Positions 20,601 through 27,590 of a DNA stretch of 64,000 bases are shown here, piece by piece. The DNA is taken from the IMG/VR virus record IMGVR_UViG_3300012984_000012, positions 1 through 64,000 of that record; one strand, 5' to 3'. Both the position numbers and the translations under genes were made by a program. The DNA is from a virus. Positions within the stretch are counted from its first letter, which is position 1, and the number at the start of each line of letters is the position of its first letter. Below the pieces are notes generated by a model, which saw only the letters and a list, made by a program, of their open reading frames with translations, did not search any database and was not told where the DNA came from.

Positions 20601-22373
20601 GAGATACGTTTGCCCGCTAGCAAGACGTTGCAACGAACCAGACAACTTCGTGAACGTTGCGTCTGACAGTTGGGCAACAACGCTCGGATCGATGTTAACG
20701 ATGTTGCCGCCCGTGATCAAGATGCCAGTGCCACCGACGGGTGGCGCTCCTCCACCTCCGCCGCCCGATCCAGAAATGATGATCTGTCCGTTCGATTGGG
20801 AGGTAATGAAAACGCTACCCACGCCCACCAGGTACGACACCCCTGGAGCGACTTGTTGGATCGAACCGGTCAGGCCAGCTTGTGCATTGACAGGACCTGA
20901 GAACGTTGAGCCTGATAGCGTCGCGACAACAGCATTGTCAATCGCTAACGTAGCACCTGTCTTGGTCAATCCCAAGCCCGCCGCCGTCGTGTCTCCAGAA
21001 CCAGAGATGAAGATCTGACCGTTAGACTGCGAGGTTACGCTCACGGCTCCCACGCCGACCAGGTAGCTCAATCCCGCTAGGGTTTTCTGCAATGAGCCAG
21101 TCAGGCCACCTGAGGCGACTAGCTGGCCTGTGAACGTTGAACCTGACAAGGTAGCGACAACGTTGTCATTGATAGAGACCTGTGAGCCCACGACAATGAT
21201 GCCCGTGCCTTGCGAGGGCGCTGCACCGCCACCACCCGTGGAACCTGAGATGATGACCTGACCGTTAGACTGGGTCGTGATGGTGATCCCACCCTGTGAG
21301 AGAAGGTAAGGCAATCCAGCGCTGGTTCGCTGCAGCGAACCAGACAGTCCACTCCCGGCGACGACCGGCCCCGTGAAGGTAGATCCAGACAGCGTCGCAA
21401 CCAGGTTGTCGTTAATTGAGACTTGCGAGCCAGAGACGACGATTCCCACTCCAGCTGTTACTTGCGACTGTGACGTTGACGATCCGCTGATCAGGATCTG
21501 GCCGTTGGACTGGGAGACGATAGAGATACCGCCCACTCCGACCAGGTACGACAGGCCTGAAGTCGTCTTTTGCAGAGAACCTGACAGTCCTCCGGAGGCA
21601 ATGATTGCACCCGTAAAAGTCGAGCCCGAGATCGTGGCTACGACGCTGTCATTGACAGAGAGCGTCAACGTACCGTTCGGTCCGGTGTCAACCGCGCGGA
21701 GGCCCGAGGCTCCCGAGACATTGAGCACTCGCTCGCCTGACAGCGAGGCCGTGGTTGACAAAACCAGGTACGAAGGGGCGGGATCGCCTCCCGAAACGTT
21801 GGTCGTCGTTCCAGCGCTAGACCCACTGATGATCACTTGACCGTTGGACATGGTGGTGATGGTGATCGAGCCTTGCGCTAGCAAGTAAGGCACGCCTGCA
21901 GAAACCTGTTGCAGCGAGCCAGACAGCTGGGCAAAGGTCGAGCCGGACAAGGTAGCGACGATGGCGTTGTCGAGCGCTAGGGCAAACGTTGCCCCAGGGC
22001 CATTGTCGATGGTTCTCAAGCCCGCAGAGCCCGAGATCGAAAACACTCGTTCGTTAGCAAGCGACGACGTTGCCGACAGGACAAGATACGTCGCAGCAAA
22101 GTCGCCACCACCGACGATCGACCCAGAGAACGTGGACGTTGGGTTTACTTGGACCCACGTCACGGGCGAGATGCTCTTCAAAAACCACACAGAGTCATCA
22201 TCGGTCTGCAACGCAAACCGATTCAGGTCATCGCTCGTCAGCTCAGCAGACGTGGTTGGCTTTCCCTCAGAGGGAGTGAAGCTCAACCGATCAGGTTCAG
22301 AAGGAAACTTCCACGCGAAAGGCGCATGGATGCCATCGTTAGGAAACTGTTTCCTGTGTAGTTGGTCGCTCAT
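14676..22373 (-). CDS. Giant repeat-rich fibre protein (2565 aa) with an internal putative beta-helix domain
   Basis: Many copies of VVATLSGSTF...LSGSLQ...GLSYLV...SQSNGQ..ISGS and of SYVTIGNTGSLPNERSL; unique block starting WYVDIVSGSDLNNGTSPSTPLRT. Confidence 0.8.
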   Translation of the reverse strand: MSDQLHRKQFPNDGIHAPFAWKFPSEPDRLSFTPSEGKPTTSAELTSDDLNRFALQTDDDSVWFLKSISPVTWVQVNPTSTFSGSIVGGGDFAATYLVLSATSSLANERVFSISGSAGLRTIDNGPGATFALALDNAIVATLSGSTFAQLSGSLQQVSAGVPYLLAQGSITITTMSNGQVIISGSSAGTTTNVSGGDPAPSYLVLSTTASLSGERVLNVSGASGLRAVDTGPNGTLTLSVNDSVVATISGSTFTGAIIASGGLSGSLQKTTSGLSYLVGVGGISIVSQSNGQILISGSSTSQSQVTAGVGIVVSGSQVSINDNLVATLSGSTFTGPVVAGSGLSGSLQRTSAGLPYLLSQGGITITTQSNGQVIISGSTGGGGAAPSQGTGIIVVGSQVSINDNVVATLSGSTFTGQLVASGGLTGSLQKTLAGLSYLVGVGAVSVTSQSNGQIFISGSGDTTAAGLGLTKTGATLAIDNAVVATLSGSTFSGPVNAQAGLTGSIQQVAPGVSYLVGVGSVFITSQSNGQIIISGSGGGGGGAPPVGGTGILITGGNIVNIDPSVVAQLSDATFTKLSGSLQRLASGQTYLAAAGAVTVVTSSTGQVIVSASAGVTPQSGNGVNVSGLGVVSVNDSVVATLSGSTFSGPVITQGGLSGSLQKTSGGLSYLVGVGGTTIISQSNGQILVSSSAPQVPVAGLGINVTGSTINIDPSVVAQLSNATFVKLSGSLQRLATGETFIAGAGVVSVTTSSNGQVVVSGSSLPPVAGQGVLVNDRTVSIDPTIVATLSGSTFVQLSGSLQRTSAGLSYLVAGQNVTVTSQSNGQVVIASSFTSAADVSASYVTIGNTGSLPNERSLVVGTGLSLVDGGAGNTVSLSVNNNVVATLSGSTFTGPVSASAGLSGSLQQVAPGLPYLLAQGSITLTTMSNGQILISGSAGGSSPVAGSGILVAGSTVSIDPAVVATLSGSTFTQLSGSLQKTAAGLSYLVAGQNVTIVSQSNGQVVIASTATGGASSVWIDGGNKLKTTSSVSISSDNNYVDTIGTDTFFYVSGTVGGTTRKVSVFGGDAVFSGSVKVGSGSVTITSNNVQFTDAATRIERSGSHLRFYDVNNPTGLTLTALGAGGSGGGSGDPDATYLVVSLTGSLNNERSLAGSSGIILTDGGPNSTFTISINDNVVATLSGSRFTGPVTAAGGLSGSLQRLATGETAFAGVGGTSITTQSNGQVVISSSAPTAYLPGQGINLGGQTFSADFNLIVARSGSSMSGPLVLSGGLTGSLQKTIDGSSYLVGVGGISITSQSNGQILISSSVPQGVTAGTGVIVSGQQISVDPNLVAMRSGSSFQRLSASIQQTDTGLSYLVGAGNVSIVSQSNGQIVISGSSVPPTAGSGITVSGFQVSVDPNVVVMRSGSSVTGPLTLLGGVSGSLQRLSTGETYIAGVGGVTVTTGSNGQVQISGSSPVPPSAGTGVIVSSFQVSIDPNVVVMRSGSSMTGPLVLSGGLTGSLQQTISGLSYLVGVGGVSITSQSNGQIFVSSSNDTTVAGTGLTKTNNAISINDSVVATVSGTTFTGVVNAPFVSGSLQRLTTGETYIAGFGTTSVVTGSNGQVQISSYGIQAGPSGSVNPAHLVDRWYVDIVSGSDLNNGTSPSTPLRTAERLSQILCPEGTLYFPRQTTVLYFAPGTYDTLSLNATFQPPNTLTILGTVSSSNPMTLSEVTASNSSTPTRGMIASTTSSFVASRRIRVISGAASGSVTYSTGLGADSQHTWVKPFYRESDASLTFPSIGDQVVVEQTLTKISKIGVNSNLVGLGPSAIGLASFVVKDVSTNDHTGGSVLPQGLGITFSQCELTGTSSTSLSAITFNNCRTIAGTGSKTLIGQFFLFNGCSFQAGLSFTGNSVARFGPACAIDAAFISMNHPSITTQTGQASVKLLNDFEMCNGSGQTGFYVGHGCQLVANAKVWGSGSSNTFATGINFTGGGNAVVAAAANLTFPVTTPVVAAGQNVTGSFSSIIPFRFPLANCGIALTSDPTAKRYINASDITNDSATVSGSTVSNALDNLKAALSDVSASYVTIGNTGSLPNERSLSVGSGLTLTDGGAGSTVTIGVNNSIVATLSGSTFAQLSGSLQQIAPGLPYLLSQGSITITTQSNGQVIISGSGGSGGSNPVAGAGILVAGSTISIDPAVVATLSGSTFVQLSGSLQRTTTGLSYLVAGQNVTIASQSNGQVVIASSFTSAADVSASYVTIGNTGSLPNERSLAVSADLSLADGGSGASVTIGLSPINSFKLTQVPDVSASYITIGNTGSLPNERSLAVSAGLTLTDGGAGGTVSLGINDNVLATLTGSTFSGPVIAGGGLSGSLQRTSAGLPYLLSQGGITLITQSNGQIIISGASGGSGGSNPVAGTGIVVAGSTISIDQSVVATLSGSTFTQLSGSLQRTSAGLSYLVGAGALTVTSQSNGQVILSSSLFDANSHASLRQLIHLAENGPYELIGSGSTLDIGPQPFPTASIWRTAGGSKIVEKLWTRNPNKTPATITWKVYAPDGSTVLSQAQDTITYQGVFEISRTRTVI
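14990..22110 (-). repeat. Degenerate coding tandem repeats (~70-80 aa units) of the fibre gene, interrupted at ~16200-17520
   Basis: Recurrent SQSNGQ and LSGSLQ units. Near-identical peptides (e.g. SSFTSAADVSASYVTIGNTGSLPNERSL at ~15620-15700 and ~19805-19885) differ mainly at synonymous positions. Confidence 0.9.
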
Positions 22374-22440
22374 CTCAAGCTTAAATAGGCAACACAGATG
22401 ATTGCCACTTAAGCACGATTGAGAATCGACTTTTACACGC

Positions 22441-22665
22441 TTACCTGGTCATGATTGCTACTATCGCCCTACGCAACTCACCAAGCGTGGTCCTGATCGT
22501 CTTGGTGGGTTCGCTGTCGGTGAGCAGGTCCTCGTCGTCCGGTTCGTCTGACGAGTTCATGAACTTACGCGATGAAGGCGGGCGATATCCGAAGACAGCG
22601 TCCTCAGTAGCCATCACCTTCGGCTCTTGGATTTTTCTTGAAGTCACGTGTGGGCCTTCAGCCAC
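22441..22665 (-). CDS. Small hypothetical protein with C-terminal IRTTLGELRRAI motif
   Basis: Fills an intergenic gap and is preceded by TAGTTA; start uncertain. Confidence 0.55.
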   Translation of the reverse strand: MAEGPHVTSRKIQEPKVMATEDAVFGYRPPSSRKFMNSSDEPDDEDLLTDSEPTKTIRTTLGELRRAIVAIMTR

Positions 22666-22689
22666 CCTTGGTGGGTTGGCTCAAGGTAA

Positions 22690-23001
22690 CTATGTACGCA
22701 AAGCCCTCACAGCCAAATCAAGTTCTTCTTGGGCCACCGCCAACGCCATGTACGCTTTGATGACACGCTGCAGCGGCGCTGGCAGGCTGTCGAACCCCAC
22801 GTAACGTTCGTCGTTGGGAGGGTTATTAACACGATCGACGATCTCAGAAATCACTGCTTTTGAAGCGAGGATGTCTTTCTTGATCTGATCAAAGTCACGT
22901 AAGGCAGCGTGTCGACCCACGTCAGCTGCTGCAGGTGGACCGAACTGTTCGTTTTTGATCGCGTTCTCAACAAGCGAGCATGCGTCACTGTCATCAATCA
23001 T
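22690..23001 (-). CDS. Hypothetical protein
   Basis: 103 aa, overlaps the upstream stop, AGG before ATG. Confidence 0.65.
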   Translation of the reverse strand: MIDDSDACSLVENAIKNEQFGPPAAADVGRHAALRDFDQIKKDILASKAVISEIVDRVNNPPNDERYVGFDSLPAPLQRVIKAYMALAVAQEELDLAVRALRT

Positions 23002-23671
23002 CTTGTGTTTCTTCCTCTTCGTATTTCAACGGGATCGTAGGCCACACCTTCTGCAACCACAAGAGCGCCGCCTCAGCATTGGGATGAACGCCGTCGTAGA
23101 GCGGGATGTTAGCTGCCTCTGTGTCAAAGTAATCGCAAGTCGGAGAGACTGCGGCGCGGATCAACCCGTTGATCTCCCAAGACTTTCCATGGACTGCGGT
23201 GTTGCCGACCCAAACACACTGAAACCCTCGATCTTTGATGATGTTTAAGACCGGATCGACGGCCGGCACTTTCTCTTGCCAGTAGTGATTGGTTCCCAAA
23301 AAAATCAGAACGACGTCTGGTTTCGGGTGTCGCGACAGCGCTGCGCGAAAGTTTCCTCCCACGCCCCAGTACTGCACGACAGTGCCACCCTTGCAATCGA
23401 CATCGACGGCATCAGTTGGTAGCTTAGCAAGCTTGACCACGGGTGCAACTGCACAAGCCTCTGAGTCACCAATGATCAGAATCCGACGTTTGGCGATCTT
23501 TCGCGGCGGGAGAGCGGGTTCGAGTTCCTTCGTCTCTTCGACGAAAGGCACGTTTGTTCCTATTGCGACAGGAGGTGAGGGTTGAGCCAACGGCATGGGT
23601 GCCAACAAGACGGGTGTCGCTCGACTGACGCATGACAACGTCAGGAACGCTGCGAGGTAATGTGATTTCAT
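22994..23671 (-). CDS. SGNH/GDSL hydrolase, probably an exported lipoprotein
   Basis: ILIIGDS (block I), FLGTN (block III), DGVHP (block V); N-terminal MKSHYLAAFLTLSC resembles a lipobox signal followed by a Pro-rich linker. Confidence 0.8.
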   Translation of the reverse strand: MKSHYLAAFLTLSCVSRATPVLLAPMPLAQPSPPVAIGTNVPFVEETKELEPALPPRKIAKRRILIIGDSEACAVAPVVKLAKLPTDAVDVDCKGGTVVQYWGVGGNFRAALSRHPKPDVVLIFLGTNHYWQEKVPAVDPVLNIIKDRGFQCVWVGNTAVHGKSWEINGLIRAAVSPTCDYFDTEAANIPLYDGVHPNAEAALLWLQKVWPTIPLKYEEEETQDD

Positions 23672-24276
23672 GGGCTCTCCGACGGGCGCTTGATGAGGAC
23701 GACAGGTTCACCAGGAACGGGCTTGAATGTCGTCCAGTCCGGGTGGGCTGCAAGCCACTCGTCGACAGCAGGTTTCACGCCATGTTTTTCAGTGTCGATC
23801 TTTCGTGTCGCGACAGAGACCTCTTCGTAACCCGGGCGCTCGGAATACCACAGGTCCCTGTCTGACCACCTACCATCGTAATCATCGACAACGATGATGC
23901 TGTGATCGTAGATCATTCGCTCGAGCAGCTTCAGCTCCTCTGAGACAGTATGATAGTTGTGATCGCCATCGAGCAAGATGACGTCAAACTTCATGCCTTG
24001 GTCTACCATCTTCGGTAGGACGGTCAGGCTGTTGTCAGCGACCAGGTACGCTGACTGCTTTGGTTGCAGGTCAAGGTTCGCTAGCGTTAATGTGACAGCA
24101 TCCTGGACGAGGATGTCAATGCCACACGCGAGAAACTCTTGCCTGGTCCTAGCCAGGAAGGCTACTAACGAGATGAACGACACGCCCCTGTCAACACCTA
24201 CCTCCATTATCGAGGGTGGGTGTTTCAATTGGTGCAGGAACTGTTTACACAACGGAAGGTACCCGTGATACGCCAT
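23668..24276 (-). CDS. Class I SAM-dependent methyltransferase (Methyltransf_24-like)
   Basis: MEVGVDRGVS, FDVILLDGDHNY, IVVDDY and GVKPAVDEW motifs. Confidence 0.88.
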   Translation of the reverse strand: MAYHGYLPLCKQFLHQLKHPPSIMEVGVDRGVSFISLVAFLARTRQEFLACGIDILVQDAVTLTLANLDLQPKQSAYLVADNSLTVLPKMVDQGMKFDVILLDGDHNYHTVSEELKLLERMIYDHSIIVVDDYDGRWSDRDLWYSERPGYEEVSVATRKIDTEKHGVKPAVDEWLAAHPDWTTFKPVPGEPVVLIKRPSESP

Positions 24277-24312
24277 CACGGTTATCGTATAACCACAACG
24301 TCAACAGTTCAA

Positions 24313-24537
24313 CTATCGACCAGCAAGCAATACTTGGACAGCAGTCCTGACGCGTTCTTGGAGCTCAGTCGGCAGCACAGACAGCAACACGTAGGTCTCG
24401 ATCTTGGTGATCCCCTGTTGGGTGCCGCCCTCCGTCATCATAGCATTGGGCGTGACGCCCACGCGTAAGGCAACGGGAGCAGGACCAACTTTCGAGTTGA
24501 TCATGGGCTGGTACAGGTCGACTTTTTGGGCGCCCAT
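24313..24537 (-). CDS. Small hypothetical protein
   Basis: ATG 2 nt after the upstream TGA, with AAAGG SD. Confidence 0.65.
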   Translation of the reverse strand: MGAQKVDLYQPMINSKVGPAPVALRVGVTPNAMMTEGGTQQGITKIETYVLLSVLPTELQERVRTAVQVLLAGR

Positions 24538-24539
24538 GA

Positions 24540-24719
24540 TCAACCTTTCAGGATGCGAGTTCCCTCGTTGAGGGCGTTGTTGGCCTGGGTCAGGCGGGCG
24601 CGAAGCTGCTTGAGCTCGTCTCGCATCGCCTTGGTGTCGTGACCTGACTCAGCCGCGGCGCGGATGGCGTCTTCTTGTTGGGTGATCTGTTCTAGAATTA
24701 GTTCCGTTGATGCTGACAT
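24540..24719 (-). CDS. Small coiled-coil hypothetical protein (59 aa, MSASTELILEQ...ILKG)
   Basis: Translated manually (below the ORF-track cutoff); fills the gap exactly; preceded by TATAATTA. Confidence 0.7.
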   Translation of the reverse strand: MSASTELILEQITQQEDAIRAAAESGHDTKAMRDELKQLRARLTQANNALNEGTRILKG

Positions 24720-24732
24720 GAACGTAATTATA

Positions 24733-25029
24733 CTACGGCATCATGACAACAGCTACGGTATCTTTTAGACCGTGAGCTTGGGTAATCAAGCGGTTGTATT
24801 CATAGCTGCCAGGATCGCAGAAGCAACCTAGGTACACGAGTTCACGAACGTACTTGTCAACCACGTCGCAATCAGGTCTCATGCGAGCGATGAGCTGATT
24901 CGAGATGACAAGCACCGTCATGTCGTCATCATCGCCGAAGCAGACGACGCTGCCCGGGCTGATCTGATCGACTGGGTGCAATGGCATGTTTGCCCCGTTC
25001 GTTTTCAACAGGGAACCCACGATGGCCAT
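24733..25029 (-). CDS. Hypothetical protein
   Basis: 98 aa, 1 nt after the upstream stop. Confidence 0.6.
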   Translation of the reverse strand: MAIVGSLLKTNGANMPLHPVDQISPGSVVCFGDDDDMTVLVISNQLIARMRPDCDVVDKYVRELVYLGCFCDPGSYEYNRLITQAHGLKDTVAVVMMP

Positions 25030-25030
25030 C

Positions 25031-25318
25031 TCATCCTACCCAAACCTTGCGAACAAGACCCTCGATCACCTCGACGTTAAGCCTAGCGTCATCCCTTTCC
25101 TTCGCAGGAGGTGACAGCTGCCCGTCGTACTTGTGAATCCTGAGCTTGAGGCTCGCGTTCTTAGCCTTCATGTAGGCCATCGCAAGCATCATTCCAAACA
25201 TCGTGCTAGCTAGCTTGTGTGCGAGGCTAGCAGGCTCGCTCTTCTTGCCGTAATAGGAACGGCGATTCGTCTGTTTCACGTAACTCAACTTTGTTGGCAG
25301 CACGTGATTGCGCTGCAT
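25031..25318 (-). CDS. Hypothetical basic protein immediately 3' of the tmRNA
   Basis: The ORF-track 5' extension lies inside the tmRNA; the first ATG outside it is 25318 (MQRNHV). Confidence 0.55.
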   Translation of the reverse strand: MQRNHVLPTKLSYVKQTNRRSYYGKKSEPASLAHKLASTMFGMMLAMAYMKAKNASLKLRIHKYDGQLSPPAKERDDARLNVEVIEGLVRKVWVG

Positions 25319-25321
25319 GCG

Positions 25322-25688
25322 TGTAGGCGCCGGGAATCGCACCCGGGTCCGCAACACTTCCTCTCGAAATCTCTTCACAGGCTTGGTCCATCTGCTTGGT
25401 CGACCTCAGGACGGGTCTAGTGACGCGAGCTTTAACGATCAGGTCACCTGATCGGCACTACGTTTCACGCCCAGCGCTTTGGCGTCTTCCGTTTAACGTC
25501 CGGTCGCCCGACGGTTCCCTAGCGTTCTGTTCCTAGGTGCTAGGAGCCCCGTTCCTCAGGCCACGAGGGCGAGAGGAGCCGTGCCGTTGTCGTTGGCATC
25601 TATACGTCACATGGGTTTTGAACTGGACCCTCGTGCACCAGTGCCTGCAACCTCAAGTCTCTGTACCACGTCGAAACTGGTCGCCCAC
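25322..25688 (-). ncRNA. ssrA: tmRNA (one-piece), tag peptide ANDNGTAPLALVA*
   Basis: 5' GTGGGCGACCAGTTTCGAC pairs with 3' CGCCTAC-A (acceptor stem with G3:U70, discriminator A); T-arm CCGGG-TGCGATT-CCCGG; resume context TAGAT-GCC; tag ORF 25597..25556; 367 nt. Confidence 0.95.
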
Positions 25689-25767
25689 AAATCTTACTGT
25701 GTCTTGTCGCTAGGTTGTCAATGACCGCAGTAACAAGTAGATACTTACCACCTCACGATGGGTTAGT

Positions 25768-26217
25768 TCACCGATGGCGAGCCTTATGCTTTCCCTGACG
25801 AATCGGTAGGTGTGGAGGAGGGGGCCGGCGCTTGCCTGGGTACTTCAGGTCAGGTGGAACCTCGTCGTCGTCATCGCGAAGGATGTCAGCAAACGGGAGC
25901 GAGGGGTCGATGCCCAGCTTCTTTGGATCCTTTGCGATCTCAACGAGTTCGTTGTTATGTGCCCTGAGACCGTCGATCTTCGCTGACTCGTGTTTCAACC
26001 ATGAGTCGACCGGATCGACGACCTTGCCTGGGTTCGTCAGCGCAGCATTGATGATCGCCCTGAGCCTGTTGTAGACCTGGTTCAGCTGGGTAGCGTCGTG
26101 GACCCTGGGATCGTCAGCCTTGTATTCAAGGACATCAATCCCATTCGAGTCACCGAAACGGGCGTGAAGCATGTTATGGAGCGCTAGCAGCTCCTTTGCG
26201 TTAATGTTTAGTTTCAT
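25768..26217 (-). CDS. Hypothetical protein
   Basis: ATGA overlap with the upstream stop gives start MKLNINAKE. Confidence 0.7.
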   Translation of the reverse strand: MKLNINAKELLALHNMLHARFGDSNGIDVLEYKADDPRVHDATQLNQVYNRLRAIINAALTNPGKVVDPVDSWLKHESAKIDGLRAHNNELVEIAKDPKKLGIDPSLPFADILRDDDDEVPPDLKYPGKRRPPPPHLPIRQGKHKARHR

Positions 26218-26747
26218 TCTATCTCTATTAGGTCCTCGACTGGAAGCAGTTCGGTCCAGCTCTTGGGAAATTTGGGTACGTGAAAACGGTGCCACGCGAG
26301 GTCACCGTCGTAACGCTCTGCAACGAGAAGCTCGTTTTCTTCGGTGCGCCTGATAAACGTCACGTCATCGATAGCATGGCCGTTCACAAGCAGGTCAGTC
26401 ACGCTAACGCCAGGCGCGAGCGTGCACTCAAACTCGAGCGTCACCTCTGTTGGAGTTTGGACCACGGAGGTTGAGATCGTGGTCGCTTGTATGGCGCTGA
26501 GATCGTGCAACTCGGAACCGAGCACGTAGGCTTCTGTGTTCGATGATTCGTCAATGTCGTCACGCGCAAGCTGGACGCTTGCGGGCACGGGCTCAAGGTC
26601 CAACACGGGTTCGTCAAGCACGAACGCATGCAATTGGGTGAGCAGCTCAGGTGAGTGCACGTGAACCGTGTCAGTCTGTTCACAGACGAGCTTATAGTGT
26701 GACAACGCTTTGATCAGGCTCAACGCTTGGCTCTTCGTCAGTTCCAT
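26214..26747 (-). CDS. Hypothetical protein
   Basis: 177 aa, AAAGGA SD. Confidence 0.7.
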   Translation of the reverse strand: MELTKSQALSLIKALSHYKLVCEQTDTVHVHSPELLTQLHAFVLDEPVLDLEPVPASVQLARDDIDESSNTEAYVLGSELHDLSAIQATTISTSVVQTPTEVTLEFECTLAPGVSVTDLLVNGHAIDDVTFIRRTEENELLVAERYDGDLAWHRFHVPKFPKSWTELLPVEDLIEIE

Positions 26748-26763
26748 CTATCATCCTTTGCAT

Positions 26764-26798
26764 AAAGGAAAAGGTCAGGCCCTTTCGAGCCTGACCCT
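26764..26798 (-). terminator. Intrinsic terminator
   Basis: GGTCAGGC-TCGAAAGG-GCCTGACC stem-loop followed by TTTTCCTTT. Confidence 0.85.
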
Positions 26799-26824
26799 AT
26801 CGTACACCATTTCGCGACTGAAAA

Positions 26825-27097
26825 TCAGGCGCGGACGGTACCGCGGACTTCCTTGTAGTGCTTGCGGAGCAGGCGGTACAAGGAGCGTGCCTCACGACCG
26901 CTCAGGCGGACGTTGTCAGTGCTGCCGAACGAGCCGAAATCGATGAACAGGTTCGTCGAGTTGCTGCGTTGGTCAGTCGAGACCGCCATGACAACGCTCG
27001 AAGGATCGCGGCGCTGCGTCTCAGTCCGGAGCTTGCCGGTCTTGTCGGTGCGGGTGGCGATGCGGGCGTTGCGGTTTTGGTCATACGGGTTGCTCAT
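26825..27097 (-). CDS. Small basic hypothetical protein (possibly early, nucleic-acid binding)
   Basis: MSNPYDQ start with GGAGA SD; strongly C/G-ending codons; has its own promoter and terminator. Confidence 0.75.
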   Translation of the reverse strand: MSNPYDQNRNARIATRTDKTGKLRTETQRRDPSSVVMAVSTDQRSNSTNLFIDFGSFGSTDNVRLSGREARSLYRLLRKHYKEVRGTVRA

Positions 27098-27148
27098 TTG
27101 GTTCTTCTCCAGGTTTCGGCCGTTGTTCTTCTTTTGCCGGATGAAAAG

Positions 27149-27177
27149 AATGTATCTCCTGAGCACCGAGTGTACAA
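27149..27177 (-). promoter_or_regulatory. Sigma70-like promoter TTGTAC-N17-TACATT
   Basis: 17-nt spacing, AT-rich upstream sequence, ~50 nt before ATG 27097. Confidence 0.65.
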
Positions 27178-27271
27178 GGTCACAAATTTATTCTACGTTG
27201 GCGACCTTAGAGGCCATAGGATCTGACGCACTGATTATTCTGTGAGCAACCTCAAGGCCATACAACTGTCA

Positions 27272-27589
27272 TTACCAACCCCTGATCAACGAGGCATCGT
27301 CATCACGCCACTTGTTAATGTATGGAATCGCCTCGTTCTTAATGAACTCGTTAGCCTTAGCTTCTGTTTCGAATTCATGAGGTTCTGCTTGAACTCGTGA
27401 CAGGTCCTTGAACCCTGACTCAGTCCACCATAAAGGCTCAGCAAGCCGTGGGACCCAAAACCCAACGGTAACGCTTTGTCCCTCAGCGAACTTGTGAGTG
27501 TGAACGAACGGATTCTTGTCGTGCTTTCGTACGACAGAATATGCTTCACCAATCAAGCGCTTGAGCTGTCTGACCGTGATTCTCATCAT
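27272..27589 (-). CDS. Hypothetical protein with N-terminal MRITVRQLKRLIGE motif (putative internal head protein)
   Basis: ATG directly after TAGTTA; carries the shared motif. Confidence 0.7.
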   Translation of the reverse strand: MMRITVRQLKRLIGEAYSVVRKHDKNPFVHTHKFAEGQSVTVGFWVPRLAEPLWWTESGFKDLSRVQAEPHEFETEAKANEFIKNEAIPYINKWRDDDASLIRGW

Positions 27590-27590
27590 C

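Noticed and set aside
14990-22110. Diversity-generating retroelement template/variable repeats in the fibre gene
   Set aside because: Repeat copies differ mainly at synonymous positions involving all bases, not only adenines, and no reverse transcriptase is present in the window.
25768-26747. MELTKSQALSLIKA and MKLNINAKELLAL as members of the targeting-motif family
   Set aside because: Only partial matches: no L[KR]xxIxE ending and no late motif upstream.
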